The notes beneath the pieces are model-generated. The model saw only the letters and a program-made list of their open reading frames with translations, ran no database searches and was not told the origin of the DNA. 64,000 nucleotides of DNA, from the NCBI GenBank assembly GCA_026770705.1, contig JANJGN010000007.1:109802001-109866000 (forward strand), written 5' to 3'. Numbering within the stretch: position 1 is the stretch's first letter; the number at the start of each line of letters is the position of its first letter. Positions 1-11,200 of the stretch are shown in pieces. Both the position numbers and the translations under genes were made by a program. The DNA is from Isurus oxyrinchus (Eukaryota).

Positions 1-111
1 AGGCCAGTATAAGAGCTTTGAGTGTTCTTCTCTGATAACTGCCTTTCAATTCTTAAGCTCTCTATTTGCCAGTTTTATTTGCCTCTTCACCTCTCTTCTC
101 AATTTATTGAA

Positions 112-250
112 TTTGATATGTGTACATCTGTCTATGTCTGCATGTTAATAGCTGTATGTGTATGCATGTGTGTATATGTATGCATACTGTATGTATATAT
201 GTGTATCTTTGTGTACTGCTTTGTATGTATGCCAGTGAATGTATGTGCAT
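112..250. repeat. Degenerate (TG/TA)n microsatellite
   Basis: Runs such as tgtatgtgtatgcatgtgtgtatatgtatg; explains the V/C/Y/M-rich ORFs here. Confidence 0.85.
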
Positions 251-264
251 AACTACTGCCAATT

Positions 265-625
265 CCCATTCATTCATCACCCCATGCTCGTTGATCCACA
301 GTGACTCCAGATCCACCAATGCCTTCATTTAAAATTCTCATCTGTGTTTTCAAATCCCTCCTGGATCTTGTTCCTCATCCAATTCTGGACTCTTGTCCAT
401 CCCCAATTTTCATCACTCGACCTTGCTGTGTAGGCCCAAGCTCTGGGACTCCATCCCAAAACAAATCTGTCTCTTTCCCCACCTTTAAAGCCTGCCTCTT
501 TGACCAAGCTGTTGGTTACCAGTATCTTGCATTGCCTAGTGTTAAAATCTGTTCGATAATGTTCCCTGTGAAGCGCCAACTGATACTTTACTATTTGAAG
601 ATGCTATATAATTGCGGGTTATTGT
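265..625 (+). mobile_element. L2-clade LINE 3' end fragment
   Basis: Translation FITPCSLIH.../FKILICVFKSL resembles the L2 ORF2 C-terminus (HITPVL..LHWLP..FKIL.LVFKSL); ends in gctatataattgc..ttgttg. Confidence 0.6.
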
Positions 626-1524
626 TGCATACGTGTGTATATATTCGTGTGTGTCTGTGTGGCTGTCATTATAGCTCTCCTCACCACCACCCCCTCGCCA
701 CCCCTCCCACAACACCTTCCATTCTTTATGTTCTTTTTTAAATACATTTTCCTATGTGTAATTTATTCAATTCTGATGAAAGTTCCTTGCCACAGAGGCA
801 TCTATTTTGATGTTGTTTTAATACGCGATTGCTATTGCTCAAGCGTGAGCTTTGCAACTTATCTATAAAAAGACTTATCTTGTAGCTGGTTTCTTCATTT
901 ACCTAAGCATTGCAATCACTGGCAGAATAGAACTACACGGCGATTCTGCTAATGGTATAATGGAAACACTTGTGGTTGAAAATTGCACCCCATCTCAGGA
1001 CGTGCAGGTTACACAGTCCTTGCAGTATTTCCTTTGATGTTCTGAATTTAGGAAATGTATTTCAAACGCCGCATCTCTCAATCAAGCATTTCTATAGATG
1101 TTCTCTCAAGTCGATGTTTAGCGATTCCCGGCTTGTTAACTCTGACAAATACAATGCGAAGCAACCAACCAAATCATCAATAGTGTTCTGTCCGAACAGG
1201 CGTCGCTGGCTCATTCTTTGCCTTGACCTGCTTTGCCATCTCCTTCTATTTCCAGGGGCAGGGCGAGGACTTAGTTCTAAAGAGTCATACATTGGTCTTG
1301 AAACGTTGCCAGACCTGCTGAGTTTTTCCAGCAATTCCTGAGTTTCCTTAACGGGAATCGAACCCATGCTGCTGGCGTTATTTTGAATTCTACACGAGCT
1401 TGCTAACCAACTAAGCTGATCGGTTAATAGTAACTGTCAAACATAAGTAACTTTAGAGATGTGCAGCTTTTTCTGAGGCCTCCATATATTTTATGATTTA
1501 ATAATTTATGATTTGTTTTCGCAG

Positions 1525-2025
1525 CAATCGCTATAAAAATGAAAGGGTCCGGAAAATGTTTTAGTGGTCCAATGTTTTAGCGTATATATCTGAAGGGAAA
1601 TATGGTCTTGTGGTAGAAAATCGTGCAGTAAAATTCACGAAAGAAAATAGAAGAGCTTGTATTCACGTAGCGCATTTCTCGACCCCTTGAGGCCTCAAAA
1701 CGCTTTACGGCCAATTGAGTACTTTTTGACATGTTGTCGCTGTTATAATATAGGACACGTGGCAGACATGCCGCACACAACAAAGTCCCACAAACAGAAA
1801 CATTATAATGAGCAGATAATCTCTTTCAGTGGTGTTGGCAGAGGGGTGAATATTGGCCAGGATGCAAGCAACATATTGCAGAGTCGTGTTAAACTTCTTA
1901 TATGCATGTATAATGAATTTCACAACAGCACATTGGCTTGTTAAGGTGCTCATTGAAATAGAGCAAATTTCACATGAATATTTGTCAGGGCACAAGAAAC
2001 ATGATGCGGGATTGTATTATGAGGA
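1525..2025 (+). pseudogene. Decayed IgV exon, B7-family-like, split by a SINE
   Basis: Acceptor tttgttttcgcag ends 1524. Fragments across frameshifts: ENVLVVQC; NMVLW*K; [SINE]; RVVLNFLY; YNEFHNST; LVKVLIEIE; NFT*IFVRAQET; DAGLYY. Confidence 0.4.
1640..1865 (-). mobile_element. SINE (family recurring at about 2310-2690, 3340-3590, 24750-25180, 58680-58870)
   Basis: Shared motif aaa(a/g)cgctttac(g/a)gccaat..gta/acttttg and cagcaag..cccacaaacag seen in several dispersed copies. Confidence 0.6.
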
Positions 2026-2994
2026 ACCCAGCTCTTCCGGAACTCAAACCTAGTGGTAGAGCTCCCATTCATTTTCTGGAATCCAGTGGCATCCTGACTG
2101 TGGGTTTACATTGGAAGTGGGAATATTTTTTTCGATAAGAAAGGCTTTGCAGCTTAGTGCTGTAACATCAAACATGACCCTACGACTGACCATCATAATA
2201 ATATTTGATATACATTTAATTCATTAACTTCCAAGATTGCTTGGTAAATTCCAAATTCCAATCAATTTTATATGCTTTCGGGTATGCCACTATGATGAAA
2301 GAAAGCACGACTTGCATTCCTTCATACCTCGCCTCTAAAATGTCCCAAAGTGCCTCACACTGCTTTTGAGGTAGACAAATCTGAAAGCAGATTTTCTCAC
2401 AGCAAGATCCCATTAACAGCAGTAGAAAGGAAACTGTTTTTTAAATGTTGTCAATGGTTGTAATGTAGAGAAAGATGACAGGCAATTAGCAAACTGAAAG
2501 CTCACATGCATAGCAATGTGATGATCTGCAGTTAGAATTGTTCGTTGGGCGAATAATGTTGGACAATACACCAGGAGAATTCTATGCGGTAGGGTATCTT
2601 TTACATGCAATTGACGTGACTGAAAGATCGATGGTTAATTGTCCCTCGGTAAGGAGAACACCTGCGGCAATTGAGAGCTTGATCAGTACGTGAGGAATAA
2701 AACTGCTCAGGAGCAATTACACTGCTGCAACACGAAAGAACAATCTCTTAAATTAATATTAAAGGTAAAACTCTTTATTGATGATTGCTATGATCTATTT
2801 TCATATCCTGTTACTATTTGGCATATTTAATTTAAAATTACCCTCTCAAAAATGGTATTAAAACTGAGTAACCCACTGCAATCGACTTCGGGAGCTTTAG
2901 GAACATAGCGATGCAGAGAAAAGAAAGAGAGCATTGAGTCCATCCCAAAGGTTTCAAAAAAAATCTCTATCCCTGATAATCACCAGTCTCTTAA

Positions 2995-4498
2995 AATGAG
3001 ATAATAACTGATCTGAACCTTACATCTTATATCTGGCATGATCATGTGACATTTGCCTGTTGCTAGCAAATGTTACAAGAGCAAAATACTGCAGCTGCTG
3101 AAAATTTAAAGTAAAGACAGAAAGTGCTGGAAATGCTCAGCGGGACGGGCAGCATCTGTGGAGAGAATCAGAGTAACGTCTCTTTAAAAAAGTAATTTAA
3201 TGCTGTGGTGCTTCTTATAGATAGGTAGCAAAGTGCACAACCTTTCATTTATGGCAGCTACAGAGAAGATGGTGCTGTTTGTGTTGCATATCGAGATGAT
3301 AGGAAAACACCCAGTGCATATGTAAGATGAAAAGGCAGAATTGAAGAAAAGTAAGAATGTTCACATGGCGCCCTTGATGACCATGAGACCTCGCAAAGCG
3401 TTTTACGGCCAATGAAAAACTTTTTGAAGTGTAGACACCGTTGTATGAAATGATCGACAGTTTATGCACAACAGGGTCCCACAGGCAACACGGATAAACA
3501 CCAGATTTTTTGTGCGATTTTGGATAAGGGTTAAATATTGGCGAGGAAACCGAGAAGAACTTCCTGCTCTTCCTCCAAATCTCGGGTGAGTTATTTTTTA
3601 TCAGGATGTTATTGTTGAACCCATGGCATTTACTTGGTGCTTGAAACCGTAGAAACACCACAACAGCAGCTTTTATTTAAACATTATCCAAAATTCAATA
3701 TTTCTACTTTTCATAAATGCAAAATCTACTTTTGAGCTCATCGATTTACGAGAATTATACATCACCATCAAACAAAAAGGCAACTAGTTTATACTGGGCT
3801 AGGTGATTGTAAGAAACGCAGTTCATGTATGTGCAATAACATTTGCAAGCCTGACGCCGAGCTACTGACAGCTGTCATTTTAATTATCCACCTTGTTCAC
3901 ACGCTGACCTCTCGGTGCTCGGCCTGCTGCAGTGTTCTAATAAAAAAGGTAATTGCAAGTTTCTGAAACATCACCTCATCTTTCGATAAGAGCCTTTACA
4001 ACTTTCTGAGTTTACAGTTGAGCTTAACTATTTCAGATAGTAAACTCCCATTTTGTTCCTTTTCTTCACGTTTCGGTTTTTCTCTTGCTCCTGCTTTCGT
4101 GCAGCAGAATTCCTGCTTACGTCACATCTGTTTCACTTTGTTTTTGTCTTGTACCCTTTGGCCCTGCACGAGTAACACTCCTGTCTTTCAATCGCTCGCG
4201 TGTTCTACCCTACTATCGACCTCCCCTTTTCTTATATTTCCCATGGTCTCCTTGCCTCCGGTTACATTTCTAACTTTTTTTTTCCAATGCTGTTGCAAGA
4301 TCGCAGTCCTGAAACGTTACTCTGATTCTCTCCACAGATGCTGCCCGTCCCGCTGAGCATTTCCAGCACTTTCTGTCTTTACTTCAAATTTTCAGCAGCG
4401 GCAGTACTTTGCTCTTGTAACATTTGCTAGCAACAGGCAAATGTCACATGATCATGCCAGATATGAGATGTAAGGTTCAGATCAGTTATTATCTCATT
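2995..4498. repeat. 185-bp inverted repeat (arms 2995-3179 and 4314-4498)
   Basis: Hand alignment gives 4 mismatches in 185 bp. Confidence 0.95.
3847..4417 (+). mobile_element. Penelope-like terminal fragment with 10-bp TSD
   Basis: Terminal motif gaaacgtt..acagatgctgcc..gctgagcatttccagca; flanked by TAACATTTGC at 3837-3846 and 4418-4427; absent from the paralogous sites near 49780 and 62150. Confidence 0.65.
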
Positions 4499-4891
4499 AA
4501 ATGGCCGAACATGCTGGAAGGGCTAACTAGCCAACTTTTGTTCTTACGCGATTAAGCATCACATGAGCGATGTCACATGATCAAGTCACCAGGAACACAT
4601 CAAAATAGACCTACAAACTCCATTATGACTCACTTTCTCAACTGACGCAGGAAGGTCATTGATGTACTTCCAATCTCTTCTGTTTAACTTCATGTCTCCA
4701 ACATTCAGAGTTTTAATTTCAACAGTCCAAATATACTATTGCGTGAGGTATTACTGAGACCTGGCCTATTATTTTGCCCTTTACTGCGCAGTAACCCACT
4801 GGAGGTTTTCCGAATGAAAGTTGTTCTCCTCCCGCCCCTAAGAATTTCAGTAGCAGTCGCGGGAAACAACACAAACAACTTTGACACTCAT

Positions 4892-5190
4892 TTGTGCCTG
4901 TGTGTGGAGATTGGTCCCTGCTCCAGCGATTGCCATTATGAACCGCTTCAGAAGCTTTTCATTGTAAATCGCTGCCGGGATAATACTTTCGTACTTAAGT
5001 ACACAGAACTGCTGAATTAGTGGGATTCAATAGGGAGGACATTTGAGACGGGCATTCATTTTTCGCCCATCAACCTGCTACCACAAGTTCGCTCTTTCAG
5101 AACAAGCTAAAACAAATAGGATTGCCGTCTCTTTTATTACAGTCGTACCTAGCTCACAACTATAGTTAATCTGTATTCTTAAATCAGCAT
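4892..5190 (-). pseudogene. Decayed V(J)-type exon, copy 1
   Basis: Minus-strand translation ANLW*QVDG...PAAIYNEKLLKRFIMAIAGAGTNL; paralogous to 50244-50550 and 62644-62945. Confidence 0.5.
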
Positions 5191-5559
5191 AGTGAGTACA
5201 GTTTAATAGTATAACTTTCATTGCTGTATCCCTGTTCAGTGCTTATGATAGGTCACCTACTTTTGTGCTCACGACCAAGACATGCCACGTTTCCTAACCT
5301 AGCTGAACATGGAGCTTTGAGGCTCACCATAATCTCCTCAAGGGCAATTAGGGATGGACAACATTTCTGGCCTGGTCAACGATGCTCACGACTTATGAAA
5401 CAAATGAACAAAGAAACCGAGAGAGCGATTCACATTTCATTGGTCGCAAAGAGAAAGGAGATTTCAATGAAATTAAGGTCTGGGGTGTACTTCCGATATC
5501 TTCAAGGTGGCAGGACAAATCAGCCATAGATCATGTGGCAAGCAAGTTATATTACATCT

Positions 5560-5865
5560 TTAGAAAGCATTAGTTCAACCTCAATCTGGAGTGTTATGTT
5601 CAAGCCTGAAGATTGTCAAGGACTTAGAGAGGATGCAGCAGAAATTTACTGGAATGGTATCAGAGCTGAGGGGCTTCAGCTATGTGGAGAGACTAGAGGA
5701 GCTGGCGTTGTTCTCCTTAGAATTGGAAACGTCAAGAGGAGACTTGAAAGCTGCATTCAAAATTATGAAAACTGTTAATAGAGTAAATGAGGAGAAACTA
5801 TTCCTCATGGCAGCAGAGACGGTAACCAAAGGACAGAGATTTAAGGTGACTGGCAAAACAACGAG
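5560..5865 (+). mobile_element. CR1 LINE ORF2 C-terminal fragment
   Basis: LERMQQKFTGMVSELRGFSYVERLEELALFSLE..RGDL; also present in paralogous blocks near 51700-52000 and 63230-63570. Confidence 0.85.
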
Positions 5866-6449
5866 AGGTTTCTGTCATTTGCTTGGAATTACGTTATGGC
5901 CTAGCACCGTCCTGCTGTTACCAAGGGTTTGTACAGTTCAAAAGGTCAGCAGCTCGGAGCATGACTCCTGATTGATTTCCATGTCCTAATTCAGACCAAG
6001 TAACTCCACACAGCAGATTTCGAAACGGGCACCTAAAATAAGCTCGATGCCGTGAATGGCCGGCGTTCCTTGCATTGAAACCCCCTTTATCTTTACAATC
6101 AGCTAAATGCTTCCTGGTTAGTTTCTCCTTGCAGTTCCATCTGGGGGTATCGCCAAACACAATGTCGTGAATATTCCTCGTTGCATTCCAGGCCTTCTGG
6201 GTTAATAAGTAGAATATTGAACCATGGTCCAAAATGTTATCCCTAACTTGAGAAAAGTTAAAACTGCCCTCAACAGCTCTGAAATAGAGGTATGGGGATG
6301 ACAATGTTTGTTCATTTAAATTGTTTATCCAGTGACTTCTGCTTTATGTTCACGTGTTTGATGGCTGGTTAAGATGACGATCCCACGAATCTCTGAGGGC
6401 CCAACACTAAGTATTTGCCCACATGATGAAACCCTTAGATAAGGTGTTG

Positions 6450-7860
6450 AAGAACATAGAAGCATAGAAAATGGGAGCAGAAGTATGACACTTGGCCCAT
6501 GGAGACTGCTCTGCCATTCAATAAGATTGTGGCTGAACCCCTTCAATGCCGTACTCCTGCTGTCTCCCCATACCCCTTGACACCTTCGAGACTAGAAATC
6601 TATCTATTTCCTTCTTAAATATATTCAGTCATTTGGCCTCCACAGCATTATGCGGTAAAGAATTCCATAGGTTCACCACCCTCTGAGTGAAGATGTTTCT
6701 CCTCATCTCAGTCCTAAATGGTCTACCCCATATCCTGAGACTGTGACCCCTTGTTCCTTACTCTCTCAACCCCCTCACGCCATCAGGGGAAACATCATCC
6801 CTGCATTGAGTCTGTCCAGCCCTGTCAGGATTTTTATGTTTCAATGAGATTCCCTCTCATGTTTCTAAACTCCAGTGAATAAAGGCCTAGTCAACCCAAC
6901 CTCTCCTCATACAACAATCCTGCCATCCCAGGAATCAGTCTGGTTATCCTTTGCTGCACTTCCTCTACAACAAGTATATCCTTTCTTAGGTAAGGGGACC
7001 AAAACTGTACACACTATGCCAGGTGTCATCTCACCAAGGCCCTGTTCAGCTGCAAGTAAGACACACTTGCACTTTACTCAAAGACTGTTGCCAAGAAGGC
7101 CAACATGCCTTCTGCCTCCCTCGCTGCTTGCTGCACCTGTGTGCTTGCTTTTAGTCACTAGTGCTTTTAGTCACAAGATCCTTTGTACCTAAACATTTCT
7201 GAATTTATCACTATTTAAATAACAACCTGCCATTTTGTTTTTCCTACTGAAGTGGATAACTTCACACTTATCCACATTATACATCATCTGCCATGCATTT
7301 ACCCACTCACATAACTTGTCTAAATTGATTTGGAGCCTCTTAACATCGTCCTCACCACTCACATTCCCACCTAGTTTTGCATTGTCAGCAAACTTGGAAA
7401 TATTACATTTGGTTCCCTCATCCAAATTATTGATATATATTGTGAATAGCTGGGGCCCAAACATTGATCCCTACCACACCTGCCACTCCAAAAAAGGCCC
7501 ATTTATTCCCAATCTCTGTTCCTGCCTGTTAACCAATTCTCAATCTATGGCAATATATTACCCCCAATCCTATGTGCTTTAATATTGCACACTAACCTCT
7601 TACATGGGACTTTTTCAAAAGCTTTCTGAAAATCCAAATACATTAAATCCACTGTTCTCCCTTACCTATTCTGCTAGTTACATCCTCAAAACACTCCAGT
7701 AGGTTTGTCAAACGTGATTTCCCTTTCGTAAATCCATGTTGACTTTGTCTAATCCCATTGACAGTTTCTAAGTGTCCTGTGATCACATCCTTTACAATAG
7801 ACTCCAACATTTTCCCGACTACTGATGTTAGACTAACCGGTCTGTTATTCCCCGTTTTCT
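6450..7860 (-). mobile_element. CR1 LINE, 3' part with RT fragments
   Basis: GPQLFTIYINNLD..ISKFADNAKLGG and RPVSLTSVVGKMLE..QHGFTKGKS.LTNL; short tandem tail at the left end. Confidence 0.9.
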
Positions 7861-8015
7861 CGCAGTACGCGCCTGTGTTCTGAATCGATATGTTTAGCAT
7901 TGAGAAAAGGAGCAATGGTACGTGTTGATAAACACAATTAATGGAATGTGATGCCCCAGGAGCGGCTGAAAAAGCATTGTACTTCGAATGGAAACTTTTC
8001 AGCCGACAGTTAAGA

Positions 8016-8210
8016 GGGGACCTTTCACTTTCCAGACTCCCACCCAGAAATGCAACCGGACCCAATACGCTGCTTTAGTCACGTGATATCTCATGTCATG
8101 GTCTCCCGTTTCATATATTTATCTATGAAATCCATTTCCTGTCCAAACAATTTACGATACCATCTTCCGTTACAGCAAGCAGCCAACTCATTTTCTGTTC
8201 CATTTGCATA
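8016..8210 (+). promoter_or_regulatory. Candidate promoter of gene A1
   Basis: kB-like GGGACCTTTC (8017-8026) overlapping ISRE-like TTTCACTTTCC (8023-8033); E-box GTCACGTGA (8078-8086); TATA-like TATATTTAT (8114-8122); ETS-like ATTTCCTGT (8134-8142); octamer ATTTGCAT (8202-8209). Motif matches only. Confidence 0.45.
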
Positions 8211-8265
8211 ATGTCGATGAGACTTACAGTTCAGTACATGGCTCTTCTGGCCATAAGTTTTCCAG
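8211..8265 (+). CDS. A1 exon 1, signal peptide
   Basis: MSMRLTVQYMALLAISFP+G; 55 nt; phase-1 donor CAG|gtaccc. Confidence 0.75.
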
Positions 8266-11200
8266 GTACCCGTGGTTGTTATATGCTCTGTTTTGGAATA
8301 GCTTAAATCGCATTTAACGCCCAATTGTATGCATTATAAAAATACATACGGTGCTTCTCCAATTCGGCTGCATTTGTTTTTTAATTGTTTTTATATTTTT
8401 CTCCTTATAGTTAGCTTTCTTTCTCTGACGTATGCAACTGCTGTCACCGTTCTTTTTTTTAAATAGCCGCCAAAGTAACTTCGAGCAAAGTGGATCAGTT
8501 CCCTAAACTCTTGAAGGCTGCCAGGGGTGACAATGTTTCCATGTTCTGCACATTTCCCATATTTGAAGACGCTCCTGAAGTTCATTGGTGGAAACGCAAC
8601 GAAGAATCGTTTCTGGAACCGGACAGTCGGAAGCGAGTCAATGTAAAAAAGGGAAGCAGTTCATTTGAAATTCTGAATGCGAGTGTTACAGACTCCGGGA
8701 TGTATTACTGTAAAGTAAAACATCAGCAAAGCTCTATTGGAGATGGAAGTGGCTCCCAGCTCATTGTGTGCGGTAAGTGTCAATGTACCGAGGAAAGGGA
8801 GTTCTTCAGCTGTGTGTGTGAGATATGTAATTTGAACTTTTATTACTAGATGAAAATCTTCATCATAAATTTAGGTGAACACTCCCCTTCTGAAGACAAG
8901 AATATTCCACGCACAAGATAACTTGTTGGCAACTGCTCAAAATTGCCAATTGAATCATTCTGTATCCAAGTGTCCGAAATTTGAGATGGACATCAAGAGA
9001 AAGGAACCATAGGATTCAAGAGAATGGAATTAAATCGGATAAACGGAATTCAGGGAGGGACCAACGATAATTTAAATAAATGACAGAGTAAATTCGAGGG
9101 AAGGAATGGCCTACTCCTGTTCTTATGTCCGCAGTTTATGCTGTGCAATTGTATCCATTGATAACTTGTTTGAAATGCCAAACTATTTCCGCAAAAGAAT
9201 GAGAGGGGGAGATGTTTATTTTGCCGTCAATTCTGGATTCCACCCCAAGTCCTAGATCTTCAGGGGCAATTAAGACGCCCAATGCCCTGTTTCAAACTCC
9301 GTGGTACGCCAATTAGATTTTTTCTGATGCACTCAATTCTGGTAAAGTGGAGGCAGGACACCAGCAAACATTTCTGTAAACGCCTGGGTCCTCATGTTTG
9401 TAACTCATGATTTCCATGCACACTCCTCATAGTCAGACGGACGTTACGGCATAAGGCCAAGGGACCACTGGTTGCTTTATTCCCAGTGGAAATTCTGTCG
9501 CATTTTGTATTGTACCAAGAGCAGATCCATGAAAAAAGAATGGTGAAATTCTGAGGCTTTGCTGCGAATGAAAACTCAAATAATTTTGAAAGTTAATAAT
9601 GGCTCTAATTTAATCATTTTCTTTATCCACAATTCAGAAAGTGCAAACGTGTGAAGAAAAGAATTGAAGGAGATTGATTATAATAAACAGCAAAACAATA
9701 CAAAACGAACAACGGACTTTACTTAGCTAAACAGTGATTGGAGATCGAGCTGACACAAGTTCACATTGCTAAATGTTAAATGTAGGACTCACATTAAGAA
9801 AATTCTAAAGGCAGAGCGCGTTTAAAAGACCAAATGAAATTCTAGAAGGGCAAAACCCGTGAAATTATATAAGACATGCATTTGATTAAGATTTTCTGTT
9901 CGATTTCACTGATCTGCATGGATGTTGTGATCTACACACCGATATATAATTGCCAATAAAGCCCTTTCATAATCAGAAATGTGTTTCAGCCCTCGGATTT
10001 CCTTCTAGGGAAAGTTCTTTTTGTAAAGGCTGTACGATCAGAAATCTCCACCATAGAAATATATAATCGATGCTAGCGCACGGATTTGAATCGATACATC
10101 TATCAACGTCTTGTCTGGAATCTTTATCGACGTCGGGTGATTTTCAATTGCACATCTTCTCAGTACTAATTGTTTAAACGAGCTATGTTTTGCAACATAT
10201 GAACTATTTGGAAAATGACAATTTAAAAAAAATAAACACAAAATGTTTAGTGGGACAATGATGATGACAGAAAAAGGTGAGAGTATCTCGCAGTTCGTGC
10301 GGACTTGTTCACGCTCTCTCCCATAGATTTGGATAGGGAATCTCATTTCTGCCAAAACCAATCCCACTCCAGGAGCGGATCTTCCATTCAGAGAAGTGCT
10401 TTGCGAATTTTCACCAGCTCCAGGAGATTCATCCTCGATGTGTATTGTTTGCAAAGCATCCGGGCATTTTGCCGTTCGCCGCAAAAAGATTTTCAAAATA
10501 AATACAAACTTAAGGTTTTTTTAAAAAACGATAATTATTGTCACATCATAACGGAGGGAAAGAAATGACAATGTGTTCATTAATTATTTTTCTCTGTTAA
10601 AGTTCCCCCAAGCCCCCTGAAAATCCTTTCGGTTGAAGGAATTTCAGCGAATTCTCTGAAACTCGAGTGTAAAACGTCTGCCTTTTACCCGAACGGTTTA
10701 ACAGTTTCCTGGAAAAGAGATGGTGTCCAAATTCTGACCGGAATGGAAATTGTGAAAACTGAGACCGTGGATGGGCTCTACGAGGTCTCCAGTTCTTTGG
10801 AAGAAGCACAGCCTGTCTGGAACAAAGTCATTTATTCCTGTCTGGTATATCACGTCTCTCTTGAGGTGCCCGCCAGTGTCAGCTACACCATCAATCAAGG
10901 TAAGATTGGAAACAGTTACAGCAGCAAGTGGGGTATGTGCTCCAACCTCTATTTACTTTTTAAAAAATCATTAATGGGACGGCCGGTTAGGGGGTTTTAT
11001 GACAATCGACATGGTCATCATTAAACTTTTAATTCCAGGTGTTAATTGAATTCAAATTCCACCATCTGCCATGACGGGATTCGAACCCAGGGTCCCAGAA
11101 CATTACCACGAGCCTCTGGATTATTAGTCCAGCGACAATAGCACAACACCATGGCCTCCCCTTAATTTGCTACAAATGTAGCTGGACTGCACTAAAAATC

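Noticed and set aside
22-332. Short ORFs as genes
   Set aside because: Products of a TG/TA microsatellite.
1345-1422. tRNA gene
   Set aside because: B-box-like gggaatcgaaccc on the minus strand but no convincing cloverleaf; more likely a SINE head.
8467-10899. Rearranging Ig light chain or TCR locus
   Set aside because: The J-like strand is in the V exon, no heptamer-spacer-nonamer was seen, and the gene continues into a TM and ITIM tail.
10603-10899. MHC class I/II or B2M exon
   Set aside because: No peptide-binding-domain exons were found; it follows a V exon in phase.
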